From: Planctomycetota bacterium
GTDB lineage: Bacteria; Planctomycetota; UBA8108; SXIK01
Direction of reading: 5' to 3'
NCBI GenBank assembly: GCA_965223845.1
Contig: CBDCXR010000004.1
Location: 2,880,001-2,944,000 of the forward strand
DNA length: 64,000 bases
The notes under the pieces are model-generated. The model searched no databases. It was given only the letters and a program-made list of their open reading frames with translations, and was not told the origin of the DNA. A program made the position numbers and the translations under genes. Below are positions 28,933 to 39,018 of the stretch, in pieces. Within the stretch, counting starts at the first letter, position 1, and each line of letters starts with the position of its first letter.

Positions 28933-29750
28933 GTGTTCAGAGTGACGAGTCCGGCAAGAGGTGGATTCAGGTCGAGGTCGAAGTTCCCGGTACACCCGAG
29001 GAGGTGTGGGAGGCGATCGCGACCGGCCCGGGTATGGAGCGCTGGTTCATGCCCGTTGGCGCTAACTACGAGGACACGGAGCAACGAGTCGGCGGGTCGA
29101 TTTACATGGGGAGCGGCGACCAGAAACAAAAGGTCGGAGAGTTCACTGAATGGGACCCACCGAATCGTTTTGTCGCGGAGGGGAAGAGCTGGGGACCCGA
29201 CGCTCCCCCGCTCGCCCATGAGTGGACCGTCGAAGCCCGAAGCGGGGGAACCTGCATAGTGCGGGTCGTCAACAGTTACTTCTCCGATGCCAGCGACTGG
29301 GACGACCAACTCACGGACATGAAGGGTGGCTGGACTCGGTTCTTCCGCATCCTGAAGCGCTACATGACCGAATTCCCCGGCCAGAGCTGCTCGGCCATCC
29401 ACCTGATGGGGCCGGCCTCCATTTCCCAGGCCGAGGTTTGGCAGGCGCTCGAGTCCGTCCTCGGCTTGGAGGGCGCCAAAGTTGGAGCCACATGGAGGTC
29501 GTCCGTCGCCGGAGCGTCAGAACTCTCCGGTACAGTCCATCAGCTCGAGCACGAAGCGACCTCGACCGCCCTCCTCAGTGTCGAAGGCCCTGTTTCGGGA
29601 ACGGCCTCTCCCCTCGCCTTCACGGTGGGCGGTCAGACCATGTTCGCGATCGGCATCTATCTCTACGGTGACTCCGCGGTCGACTTCGTCGCTCGGGAGG
29701 AACCCCATTGGCAAGCCTGGATGAAGGAGACCTTCTTTCCCGGTTCGTAG
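28929..29750 (+). CDS. SRPBCC/AHSA1-domain protein
   Basis: EVEVPGTPEEVWEAIATGPGMERWF, EWDPPNRF, GGWTRFF. ATGA overlap with the regulator gene. Confidence 0.85.
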   Translation: MSVQSDESGKRWIQVEVEVPGTPEEVWEAIATGPGMERWFMPVGANYEDTEQRVGGSIYMGSGDQKQKVGEFTEWDPPNRFVAEGKSWGPDAPPLAHEWTVEARSGGTCIVRVVNSYFSDASDWDDQLTDMKGGWTRFFRILKRYMTEFPGQSCSAIHLMGPASISQAEVWQALESVLGLEGAKVGATWRSSVAGASELSGTVHQLEHEATSTALLSVEGPVSGTASPLAFTVGGQTMFAIGIYLYGDSAVDFVAREEPHWQAWMKETFFPGS

Positions 29751-30046
29751 TTCGGCCAGGAACCCTTCACGAGGTGTCTAGGGATACCCGAAGTGGGCGG
29801 TCCGCGAGACTCACGCGGACTGGGATCGTTCGAGACGACGCCGATGGCAACGGCCAGTGCAGATCAATGATCCCGTGGTCGTTTTGGATCGCTCCGTCCT
29901 GGGCCGTCCATCGCGCTGCGACGCCTTGCTCAGGCCTTCAGGCCCGACGACTCGTGCAGCGAGTACTACGGAGGAGTTGCGTCGCCATTCTTTAGTTTCC
30001 GATTCGACAGTCCGAGGACGCGGACCGTGAACCAGGCGCGCAGAGT

Positions 30047-30511
30047 CTAACTCGCCTCCGCGGCCGCGCTCGCCTCGGCCGCGACCTTGATGCTCTCGAG
30101 ATCCTTCTCGACGGCTTTCGCGCACGAGTTCAGCATGAACTTCATCATGACACTGAACACCTTCGCCATGAACGTGAGTGGCGTCGCGCTGAAGTCCATC
30201 GAGATTTCGGAGCCACTCCCGAGTGCCTTTACGGTGACGGTTGTGTCGTAGCGGCAACCGCAACTATTAGCGATCGTCGAGTACGAGTGAGGACGATCGA
30301 ACTTCGTGATCTCCATCTCCTCGGTCGCCTCACGCTTGAAGAGCACTCGAGTTTCGCGAAATCGCGTACCGACGCCGACCGGGCCGTCGGTGACGATCTC
30401 GATCTTCGTAATCGCCTCGACGATATCGGGTAGGCGCTCGAGGTCCGAGGCGATATCGAACACGATCTCGACCGGTGCCTCGACGCGCTTCGCCACAGTA
30501 AATCCTGCCAT
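30047..30511 (-). CDS. SRPBCC-family protein (polyketide cyclase/START fold)
   Basis: VEAPVEIVFD, GPVGVGTRFRETR. Confidence 0.85.
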   Translation of the reverse strand: MAGFTVAKRVEAPVEIVFDIASDLERLPDIVEAITKIEIVTDGPVGVGTRFRETRVLFKREATEEMEITKFDRPHSYSTIANSCGCRYDTTVTVKALGSGSEISMDFSATPLTFMAKVFSVMMKFMLNSCAKAVEKDLESIKVAAEASAAAEAS

Positions 30512-30523
30512 CCGATTTCTCCG

Positions 30524-31135
30524 TCAATTGCGGCGCGTGAAAACGATCTCGACGACCTTCGTATTCTTCTCGCCGATAGGCAAGTCGTGGAGCTCCATGA
30601 CGAGCTTGTCCTTCGAGACGAAGCGCCAGACGGTCTTGACCATTTTGTCGTGCTCGCCGGTGAGGTACTCGTCGAGGGTGCCGTAGAGGAGGAGCGCCTT
30701 CCCACCGGGATCCATGTCGCCTTCCTGACGGACCATCGCCGTGTCCATCGAGCTCACGGCGGTCTGCACGTAGCTCATCTTGAAGTTGTCGTACCCGATG
30801 AGATAGAAGCCGTCGACGGTCTGCCCCATCATCCTGCCGTTCATCTTCGCCTGCAGCCAGCGCCCCTTCATGAGCCACGAGAACGACGCCTTGCCTTTCT
30901 CGGGCTTGGTGGCGTTTCCAGCCATGAAGATGCTCAGCTCGGTTTCCCATTCGCCGAGGAATCGCTCGAGTGCCTCGTGGTGCTTTCCGAGTTGGGTGAA
31001 GCGCTTCGCACGCTTCATCATTTCTTCCCAGGCAGCGTTTGGGGCGGCATCTTCCTCCTGCGTCGCAGAAGTGAATGACGGCGTCGAGGCGAGCGCGAGA
31101 AGCACACCCGCGGCGACGAGAAGGGTGGTTCGCAT
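30524..31135 (-). CDS. Secreted DUF1579-family protein
   Basis: Signal peptide, GKHHEALERFLGEW, GYDN..SY...VSSMDT. Confidence 0.8.
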   Translation of the reverse strand: MRTTLLVAAGVLLALASTPSFTSATQEEDAAPNAAWEEMMKRAKRFTQLGKHHEALERFLGEWETELSIFMAGNATKPEKGKASFSWLMKGRWLQAKMNGRMMGQTVDGFYLIGYDNFKMSYVQTAVSSMDTAMVRQEGDMDPGGKALLLYGTLDEYLTGEHDKMVKTVWRFVSKDKLVMELHDLPIGEKNTKVVEIVFTRRN

Positions 31136-31137
31136 AG

Positions 31138-32562
31138 CTAGTCTCCTTGTCGTTCGTTGGAATCGTCGCGATCGTCGACGCCCGCGCTTCGCTGAGCGAG
31201 CAAGCCGAGCACGAGGTAGCGTCGCTGGAGGCAGCCTTCGAGATCATCGATCGCGTCGGGGCCGATTTCGATTGGTGCCGCGAGCGGTTCGAGTGAAGCG
31301 GTCGGTGATGAGTTGCGTCGCGTGAGAGATCGTGTCTGCCGTTCCGGCCGGTCCACGTGTACGGCTGGGGATCCCGCGAAGCTCACACTCGATGAGCTTG
31401 GCGCGAGCGGTTCAGCCGAGAGCGCCCCGATCGGCGATCCATTCCGAACGGACGGTGCGGGTCGAACCGGACGAGAATCTAGCGGCAAACACGCGAAGAA
31501 CACGACGAGCAGAAACATCGCGGCGCTGACGCGACGCGACCGGGTTGCCCGGACGGCGGGACGATCGAGCCACCGAAGCCGCGTGAGGATCTGACTCGGG
31601 CGGCGGAGGACGCCGATCCCGATGTGCGCCTCGACCGCAGCGAATCTCGCGCCCGCGAGCTCGAGGAGGGTGCGACGGTACGCGGGTTGCTCGTCCCCGA
31701 GGAGTTGCGCCACGTCGTGATCACACGAAGCTTCGCGGAGTGTCTCGAGTCGGCGTCTCGCCACGTAGACGAGCGGGTGAAACCAGTAGACGACGTGAAG
31801 GGCGAGCGTCGCGAGCGCCCACCACGGGTCGCCACGCCTCAGATGCGTGAGCTCGTGAAGAAGGACATGCTCGAGCTGGTCCCGTCGCGAGAGCAAGTCG
31901 TGCGGGATGACGATTACTGGGTGAACGCAGCCGACGAGTCTCGCGCTGCTCATCTTCGCGTCGACGAGTACGCGCACTCGATGGCGCCTGAGACCAACTC
32001 GCAGCGCGCACTCGCGGCACAGCCGATCGAGCCATCTCGGCGCAGCGCGGGCTCGGTTTACAAGCATCGAGCGCGAGCTCCGGTACCGCCGGATCGCGAG
32101 GCTCGACACGAGCAGCACACCGGCGAACCAGATCGCGACGAGCGATGATCGCAGCGACCGCGGCACGGAAAAACCGGCGGCGGGACCGACGCTCGACGCG
32201 GCATTGAGCTCGCCGTCGACGAAGTCCCCCACGGACGATGCGATCGTCGGCGAGCTGGATGTGCCGGAAGTCGCTCCGTCCCCTAAGACGGGAACCACCT
32301 CCGGTGCGGACGGCTGAACGAACGAGACGTCCACGACTCTTCCGATGCTAAAGGGCGAACTCCAAGTCGGCGGGATCACCAGCTTGATGAAAACGAGGAG
32401 CCAAACCGCCGCAACGAACTGTGGACGTGCGCGCTGGCCGATGACGCGGTCGATCGCGGCGACGATGACAAGCACGACGACGAGTTGCATCGACATCGCC
32501 GCGCCCCACTCCCAGAGCGGTTGCCAGACGGCTTGAAGTTGGCCGACCAAGGACCCGATCAC
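31138..32562 (-). CDS. BlaR1/MecR1-type M56 metallopeptidase, no penicillin-binding sensor domain
   Basis: WLLVFIKLVIPP, HELTHLRRGD, WFHPLVY, REASCD. Confidence 0.9.
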   Translation of the reverse strand: MIGSLVGQLQAVWQPLWEWGAAMSMQLVVVLVIVAAIDRVIGQRARPQFVAAVWLLVFIKLVIPPTWSSPFSIGRVVDVSFVQPSAPEVVPVLGDGATSGTSSSPTIASSVGDFVDGELNAASSVGPAAGFSVPRSLRSSLVAIWFAGVLLVSSLAIRRYRSSRSMLVNRARAAPRWLDRLCRECALRVGLRRHRVRVLVDAKMSSARLVGCVHPVIVIPHDLLSRRDQLEHVLLHELTHLRRGDPWWALATLALHVVYWFHPLVYVARRRLETLREASCDHDVAQLLGDEQPAYRRTLLELAGARFAAVEAHIGIGVLRRPSQILTRLRWLDRPAVRATRSRRVSAAMFLLVVFFACLPLDSRPVRPAPSVRNGSPIGALSAEPLAPSSSSVSFAGSPAVHVDRPERQTRSLTRRNSSPTASLEPLAAPIEIGPDAIDDLEGCLQRRYLVLGLLAQRSAGVDDRDDSNERQGD

Positions 32563-32939
32563 CGCTTCTCCTTCTTCCCTGTTCGCTCAGCCAGTAGCGA
32601 CGCGAGCTCTTCGCGGTCGCGCTTCGAGAGCTTCTCGTCGGCGAGCATGTGCTGGAAAAGCGATCCGAACGTACCGTCAAAAGCCCTCTCGACGAGCGAA
32701 CGAAGCGCGGAGCCGCGTGCTTGGCTGCGGGACACGAGCGGCTCGAATAGGCTGACGTTGGCGCGCTTCCGAGTCGACAGGGCTCCTTTCTCGACGAGCC
32801 GACCGAGGATGGTCTTGACCGTCGTATACGCCCAATCGGTCTCGTCACCGACGCGCTCGAGCACATCGCGAACGCTCGCCGGATGACTCGCCCAGACGGC
32901 GTTCATGACCGTCCACTCGGTGTCGCTGAGCTTCATCAC
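32559..32939 (-). CDS. BlaI/MecI/CopY-family repressor
   Basis: LSDTEWTVMNAVW, WAYTTVKTILGRLVEKG, FDG. Confidence 0.93.
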   Translation of the reverse strand: MMKLSDTEWTVMNAVWASHPASVRDVLERVGDETDWAYTTVKTILGRLVEKGALSTRKRANVSLFEPLVSRSQARGSALRSLVERAFDGTFGSLFQHMLADEKLSKRDREELASLLAERTGKKEKR

Positions 32940-32967
32940 GACTTTCAGCGGGAAACGGACACGCGGC

Positions 32968-33007
32968 TTCTGCTACACATGTAGCAGAAAATACCACAGT
33001 AGTAGCA
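32968..33007. promoter_or_regulatory. BlaI/CopY-type operator(s) in the blaI promoter
   Basis: Palindrome TTCTGCTACA-CA-TGTAGCAGAA at 32968-32989 (TACA-N2-TGTA core), a degenerate second box at 32992-33007, and TTGACT on the minus strand. Confidence 0.8.
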
Positions 33008-33336
33008 AGAGTCAAGCTGTGCTTCCGCACTCATCGGCCGTTCGCTCGAGCGGGATTCTGTCTGCCGGAGCCACGTGATTCAGTTCGCGGGAGTTCCACC
33101 ACTCGGGATCACGTGGATCCGACAACTCCGCCATGGCTCGATCCAATCGCGCTCGCCGCCGGTGACGCCCGAATCACGAGGGCGGAAAACCGATACCCAT
33201 GCGTCGATTCCGCAGCCACATCGTGTCGTCCACCGAGGGCTTCGTTTCCCGTCTTCGGTTCACTTGGCAGGTCACGGGGCGCCTGCCATGATGGGAGCAA
33301 AATCGCGCGCCGCAGCACACTCCCGAACGAGGTTCG

Positions 33337-35148
33337 ATGAAAGAGCGTTTCGTCTCGATCGCCGTGATGCCGTTCCGGAATCTGTCTGCTGATCCGGATA
33401 CGGAATTCTTCGCGAGTGGCTTCGTGGAAGACTTGATCGCGGAATTGACCCGATTTCGATCCCTGAGGGTCGTCGCGAGTCAGAGCACCGTCATGCTCAA
33501 CGCGGCGGGTCGCTCCGTCGATGAAGTCGCAGAGGAGTGGGATCTCCAGTACGTCCTCGAGGGAAGCATACGCCGCGGCGGATCTGCGCTTCGCGTGAGC
33601 GCTCAGCTCGTCCGCGTCGACGGCCGGCAGACGATCTGGGCCGAGCGCTTCGACGCCGCACTCGATCAGGTCTTCTCGATCCAAGACGAGATCGTGGCGA
33701 CCGTGGCCGGGAGTCTCGCCGTCAAGATCGACGACGCGGAGCACGCGAAGGCTCAAGGACGGTCGATCGAGCAGCTGCCCGCGTACGATTGCTGGCTTCG
33801 GGGAATGCACGTCCTCAAGCGCGGCACTCTCGAAGCCGACGCGGAGTCGCGGTCGTACTTCGAGCAGGCGCTCCAGATCGACTCGAGCTACGCGCGCGCT
33901 TACGCCGGGCTTTCGCTCTCCTATTTCAACGAATGGTCCTGCCAGGCCTGGCACCTGTGGGACGAGAGCGAGACGAACGCGTTCGACTGCGCCGCGAAAG
34001 CAGCCGACCTTGACGACTCCGACGCGATGGTGCATGCCGTGCTCGCGCGAGTCCATCGCTTCCGGCATCAACACGAGCAAGCCGACCGGCACGTCGCGCG
34101 CGCCATGGCTCTGAATCCGAACGACCCCCACGTACTGATTCAAGTTGCCATCGCGACACTGTTCGGCGGTGAACCCGAGGTGGGCTGCGAGCGAGCTCGA
34201 AAAGCCGTTCGATTGAATCCGCTCCACCCCGATTGGTACCTCGGAATCGTCGGTTGGAACCTCTTCGCGATGAAACGATACGAAGAGGCCCTTGAGCATC
34301 TCGCGAGAGCGGGCGAAACGATCGTCAATTTTGCGGCGTATCGAGCCGCCTGCGCTGCCCTCGCCGGAGACTTGCCGCGAGCGGCCGAGGAGTACCAGGT
34401 CTTTCTCGACGAATACCGAGACAAGATCACGTTCGGGCGCGACCCCGAACCGGGCGAGGCGCTTCGATGGGCCGTTCAGGTCGAGCCGTTTCGTCGCGCC
34501 CGAGATTCCAAGCACATGCCGAACGCGCTCCGGGATGCCGGCGTCGATGAAGTCGACGTCGAAGAGGCACTCAGATCGCGCGAACGCACCATGGTTCGTC
34601 CCGCCGCGATCGCTATGCCGCCCGGCAACCTGTTCCTCAAAGAAGGGAATGTGTGGTCGATCTCGTACGGCGGATCCGGAGCGCGACTCGTGGAGCTGAA
34701 GGGCTTCCACGATGTGGTGCGCCTGCTCGCGCAGCCGGGTGACGCGATCCACTGCCTCGAGTTGACCGGCGCGCCGCAGTCGAGCGACTCACCGCTCGAG
34801 ACGCTCGATGCGGAGGCCCGTCGAGAGTATCGCCGGCGCATCGAGGAGCTCGAGACCGAGCTCGAGCGAGCGGAATCCGATTACGACCCCGGACGATCCG
34901 ATCGGATCCGCAGCGAGCTCGAGACCGTGATCGGCGAGCTGGCCAAAGCCACCGGCCTGGGAGGGCGCTCTCGCCGGATCGGCGACACGGCCGAACGCGC
35001 GAGATCGGCGGTGACGTGGCGCATCCGAAGCGCGATCAAAAAAATCCACGCCGCTCACCCACGCCTCGGCCAGCACCTCTCTAACTCTATTCGTACGGGC
35101 AACTTCTGCGTGTACGCGCCCGAGGCGGCGACCGCCTGGGAGCTATGA
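33337..35148 (+). CDS. TolB-like (adenylate-cyclase-associated) + TPR protein with C-terminal HTH-like domain, probable regulator
   Basis: SIAVMPFRNLS.D, YVLEGSIRR, IWAERFD, TPRs, C-terminal ERARSAVTWRIRSAIKKI...IRTGNFCVY. Confidence 0.8.
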   Translation: MKERFVSIAVMPFRNLSADPDTEFFASGFVEDLIAELTRFRSLRVVASQSTVMLNAAGRSVDEVAEEWDLQYVLEGSIRRGGSALRVSAQLVRVDGRQTIWAERFDAALDQVFSIQDEIVATVAGSLAVKIDDAEHAKAQGRSIEQLPAYDCWLRGMHVLKRGTLEADAESRSYFEQALQIDSSYARAYAGLSLSYFNEWSCQAWHLWDESETNAFDCAAKAADLDDSDAMVHAVLARVHRFRHQHEQADRHVARAMALNPNDPHVLIQVAIATLFGGEPEVGCERARKAVRLNPLHPDWYLGIVGWNLFAMKRYEEALEHLARAGETIVNFAAYRAACAALAGDLPRAAEEYQVFLDEYRDKITFGRDPEPGEALRWAVQVEPFRRARDSKHMPNALRDAGVDEVDVEEALRSRERTMVRPAAIAMPPGNLFLKEGNVWSISYGGSGARLVELKGFHDVVRLLAQPGDAIHCLELTGAPQSSDSPLETLDAEARREYRRRIEELETELERAESDYDPGRSDRIRSELETVIGELAKATGLGGRSRRIGDTAERARSAVTWRIRSAIKKIHAAHPRLGQHLSNSIRTGNFCVYAPEAATAWEL

Positions 35149-35275
35149 ATCCGCTGCCGCCTCACATTGTGAGGCCGGCCCTCACGCCTTGAAGGGTGGA
35201 CGTGCGGTTCCCCCGGGAGTCCGAGGGAATCTCGACGCGGCCGAACCGAAGCCTCCTTGGCGAAAGGAATTCACC

Positions 35276-36373
35276 ATGCTTCCCAAAGCCCTCCGACTCC
35301 GGCTCTTCGACAGTCTCTCGGTGAAGACGATGCGGTACGTCACGGCGGTGTCCCGACGACACGCGACGGGACTCACGCGGCGAGTCTACGACATGATCGA
35401 CGAAGACTTCTTCGTCAACGGCTCGCTCACGAGTCGCTCGCGAGTGCCGAATCTGCTCGCCGCGATTTGGACCGGTGGTCGCGAGACCATGCTCGTCGAC
35501 GATCATCTCGATCGCACCACGAAGGAAGCGATCTGCGCCGTCCTCTCCGACCTGAACGACTGCCCCTACTGTGGCGATATGCTGGTCGGGCTCGTGCACG
35601 CGGGCGACAAACATGAAGCAGCGTCGGCGGTTTTGCAGCGCTCCCTCAAAGACATCGACGATCCGGTCCTTCGCGACCGTCTCGCGTGGGTCGAGGCGGT
35701 CGGAACGCCGGGGAACACCGACGTTCCCCCGTCTCCGTTTACGTTCGACGAGCTTCCGGAAGTCCTCGGGTCGCTGATGGGAATGGCCGACATCAATCGC
35801 TTCAGCCATGTGGTCATGGACGGCTCGCCCGTCACCACGCCGCGCGGCTTGAAGGGTGCGGCACTTCGGCTCTTCGGCGTCGAGCTGAAAGCCACGAAAG
35901 CGAGCTCCGCCGAGCCAGGCCTCGCTCTCGATCTGCTTCCACCGGCAGAGTTGCCGGAAGACCTCGCCTGGGCGGCGCCGAATCCGCGGATCGCCGACGC
36001 CATCGCGCGGTGGACGGCTTCCGTCGAGCGCGAAACGGACGGCGTCATCTCCCAAGCGGTGCGCGACCGCGTCGCGAAGAGCCTAAGCGGCTGGCGGAAC
36101 GAACAGATGCCGATCAGCCGCGCCTGGGTCGAAGACGAGGTGCGCGGACTCGAAGGAGAGGATCGAGCGATCGCGAGGCTGGCGATCGTGCTCGCGAAAG
36201 CTCCGTACCAGGTGTCGGACGACCTCATCGACGAGATCGTCGACGGGGACGAGGCGCGGTTCGTTCGGATCCTCGCGTGGGCCTCCTTCACGGCAGCGCG
36301 ACGCTTCGTCGCGATCGTCCACGAGACGGTCGAGCCGTCGGCAGTGAGCGAAGAGAAAGTTCACGCGGCTTGA
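35276..36373 (+). CDS. Carboxymuconolactone decarboxylase/AhpD-like protein
   Basis: KEAICAVLSDLNDCPYC motif, AAGGA RBS. Confidence 0.75.
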   Translation: MLPKALRLRLFDSLSVKTMRYVTAVSRRHATGLTRRVYDMIDEDFFVNGSLTSRSRVPNLLAAIWTGGRETMLVDDHLDRTTKEAICAVLSDLNDCPYCGDMLVGLVHAGDKHEAASAVLQRSLKDIDDPVLRDRLAWVEAVGTPGNTDVPPSPFTFDELPEVLGSLMGMADINRFSHVVMDGSPVTTPRGLKGAALRLFGVELKATKASSAEPGLALDLLPPAELPEDLAWAAPNPRIADAIARWTASVERETDGVISQAVRDRVAKSLSGWRNEQMPISRAWVEDEVRGLEGEDRAIARLAIVLAKAPYQVSDDLIDEIVDGDEARFVRILAWASFTAARRFVAIVHETVEPSAVSEEKVHAA

Positions 36374-36864
36374 ATCACGAGATCGCGATCTCGGCTTTGA
36401 TCTTCTGCGAAGACGATGACGCGAACGTCCGACCGAGTCCGAACGAAGTGCCGAAGGGGACCTGCGATCTCCTTCGGCACTTCCGCATGAGCACTTGGCC
36501 GCACCGCAATCGAAGCGTCTGGATCGCCCGAGTCGGACTGTCAACGTGCGTTGCCGCAGCGTCACAGCCTCTGGTACGATCCCCCCGGCGGTCGAGAATG
36601 ACTGCTGCGAGGGGAGTGCGCGGAGAATCGTTGAGCGGCGGGACAGCCAGGCTTGCGGCGCTCAGCTGGACTGGACCTCGATCGGGCCGACGGCGGGACA
36701 CCGAGAATTGCGTTCTCTGCGGATCGACGAGTTTCCGTGTGTCGAAAGGGGGTCGGACTCTCAACATCCTCGAGGCGGACTAAACCTCCTCGATTGCAAG
36801 TCGGGGAGAGTCGTGGCCCGCCATTGTACGAGCGATCTCAGGATCATACGTAAGCGCACGAGCC

Positions 36865-38778
36865 ATGGAAAAAAACCATCCACTCGAGCACCTCGGCACG
36901 GGACGGACTCCGATCGACGACCGGGAATCGCGGCTCTTTCGGTCGCTCGATATCCGCAACTCAGGGAGTGTCGTCATCGCCGACCTTCTCGAGTCGATCC
37001 GTCAGATCGGGTTGAGATCCGACGACGTCCGGCTGCGGCAAACCTACTCGGCGCTGTCTGAATTCAGTCTTCAGGATGAGATCCCGCTCCGGACGTTTTG
37101 CGACATCGCGGGTCCGAACATTCTCTTGGTGGAACAGGCGCTTCAGGGAAACGCGGCGATTCCCGACTTCGCAGACTTCTGCGCCGAGCTCGAACGCATC
37201 TTCGAAAAAACCAAGGTCATCCAAGCGGGAGACGTCGCGTCCTACATCCCCCAGTTGGCCAAGGTGTCGCCCGATCTCTACGGCGTCGGCCTCTGCACCA
37301 TCGACGGACAGCGCCACGTCCTCGGCGACGCCGACAAGGGTTTCTCGGTTCAATCGTGCTTCAAGCCGATCACCTACGGCATCGCGCTGGAAGAACACGG
37401 AGCCGACTACGTGCACCGGTACGTGGGAAGAGAACCGAGCGGGCTCAACTTCAACGAGTTGGCTCTCGGCGAAGACGGCGAACCTCACAATCCGATGATC
37501 AATGCTGGCGCCATCATGTGTTCGTCGATGGTGCGACCCGACCTGGATCTCGCCGAACGATTCGATTTTCTGCTCGATATCTGGGCACGGCTCTGCGGCA
37601 ACACGAGACCTCAATTCAACAACGCGGTTTACCAGTCGGAACGGAAGACGGCAGATCGGAACTACGCGCTCGGTTACTACATGCGCGAGCACAAGGCTTT
37701 CCCCGACGGCTCTGACATGCTCCAAACGCTGGAGTTTTATTTTCAGTCGTGCTCGATCGAGCTCGACGCCGATGCGATGGCCGTGCTGGCGGCGACCCTC
37801 GCGAACGGCGGCGTTTGTCCGATTACCGGCGAGCGCGTCTTACGCACCGATACGGTTCGGCATTGCCTCTCCCTGATGGTGTCGTGCGGGATGTACGACT
37901 TCTCCGGCGAGTTCGCGTTTTCCGTCGGCCTCCCGGCGAAAAGTGGAGTGGGGGGAGCCATGATCGTCGTCGTCCCCAATCTGATGGGACTCTGTCTGTG
38001 GTCGCCCCGACTCGACGAACGCGGAAACCCCGTGCGCGGCATCGAGTTCTGTAAGGAACTCGTCGCGAAATTCAATCTTCACAATTACGACAATCTGACC
38101 GGGGTCTCAGAGAAGGCGGATCCGAGAACCCGCCGTGCCGAGCGGAAGGCCAAGATCGGCGAGCTCATCTGGGCAGCGAGTAAGGGCGACCATGGAGCGA
38201 CGCATCGACTCATCGTGCGCGGGTTCGAGCAGAACGCGTCGGACTACGACCATCGCACGCCCCTCCACTTAGCGTCGGCTGAAGGTCGTGAGCAGGTGGT
38301 GCGATACCTGGTCGAGAACGGGGCCGAGATCAACCCGCTCGACCGATGGAACGCGACGCCTCTCGACGACGCGTGTCGATACGGACATCGAAACGTCATC
38401 GAATTCCTCCAAGCACATGGCGGCACCCGAGGCCAGCCGGCGAACGACCATGCGCGCGACACGGACGATTCAGTGGATCGCGAGAGGCTGCCCAGCGAAC
38501 GCGAATCGACTTTGGTCGTCGAGCTCATCTACGCCGCGAGTGAGGGCGATCTCGAAGCCGTGCGTCGACTCGTCGCGCGAGGGGCGCGGCTGGATCACGG
38601 AGACTATGACCTTCGGACTCCCCTCCACTTGGCTGCGGCCGAGGGGCACGAGCGCGTCGTCCAGTATCTGATCGACCAAGGAGTTCCGAAAGCGCCGCGG
38701 GACCGCTGGGGCGGTACACCGCTCGACGATGCGCGCCGTCATGGCCAGACCCGCGTGGTCCGGCTCCTGGAGAGATAG
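36865..38778 (+). CDS. glsA: Glutaminase with EF-hand-like N-terminus and C-terminal ankyrin repeats
   Basis: GDVASYIPQLA, QSCFKP (SxxK), GREPSG, NPMINAGAI, CGMYDFSG, PAKSGVGG, and two DYDxRTPLHLA..EG ankyrin blocks. Confidence 0.95.
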   Translation: MEKNHPLEHLGTGRTPIDDRESRLFRSLDIRNSGSVVIADLLESIRQIGLRSDDVRLRQTYSALSEFSLQDEIPLRTFCDIAGPNILLVEQALQGNAAIPDFADFCAELERIFEKTKVIQAGDVASYIPQLAKVSPDLYGVGLCTIDGQRHVLGDADKGFSVQSCFKPITYGIALEEHGADYVHRYVGREPSGLNFNELALGEDGEPHNPMINAGAIMCSSMVRPDLDLAERFDFLLDIWARLCGNTRPQFNNAVYQSERKTADRNYALGYYMREHKAFPDGSDMLQTLEFYFQSCSIELDADAMAVLAATLANGGVCPITGERVLRTDTVRHCLSLMVSCGMYDFSGEFAFSVGLPAKSGVGGAMIVVVPNLMGLCLWSPRLDERGNPVRGIEFCKELVAKFNLHNYDNLTGVSEKADPRTRRAERKAKIGELIWAASKGDHGATHRLIVRGFEQNASDYDHRTPLHLASAEGREQVVRYLVENGAEINPLDRWNATPLDDACRYGHRNVIEFLQAHGGTRGQPANDHARDTDDSVDRERLPSERESTLVVELIYAASEGDLEAVRRLVARGARLDHGDYDLRTPLHLAAAEGHERVVQYLIDQGVPKAPRDRWGGTPLDDARRHGQTRVVRLLER

Positions 38779-38950
38779 GGACCGCCGATTCCCGCGGAGC
38801 GCCGCCCCGTTCGAGAGAGAATCGTCGAGGAAGCTCTCGACGTCTCCAACTCGGTCCCCCGGCACGCCGTAGACCCGATCGACGAAGTGGTACTCACTTC
38901 TCGAGGAACTCGATGACGGTTTCGACGAATCCGTCAGGATCAGGAAGGGA

Positions 38951-38993
38951 GTTCCGCTCTCTAGGCACGATCGTCGCGAATAGAGAGCGGAAC
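38951..38993. terminator. Hairpin between convergent genes
   Basis: 13-bp perfect arms GTTCCGCTCTCTA / TAGAGAGCGGAAC. Confidence 0.55.
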
Positions 38994-39018
38994 GTCCGAA
39001 GAATTCTGTTCGATAGCG

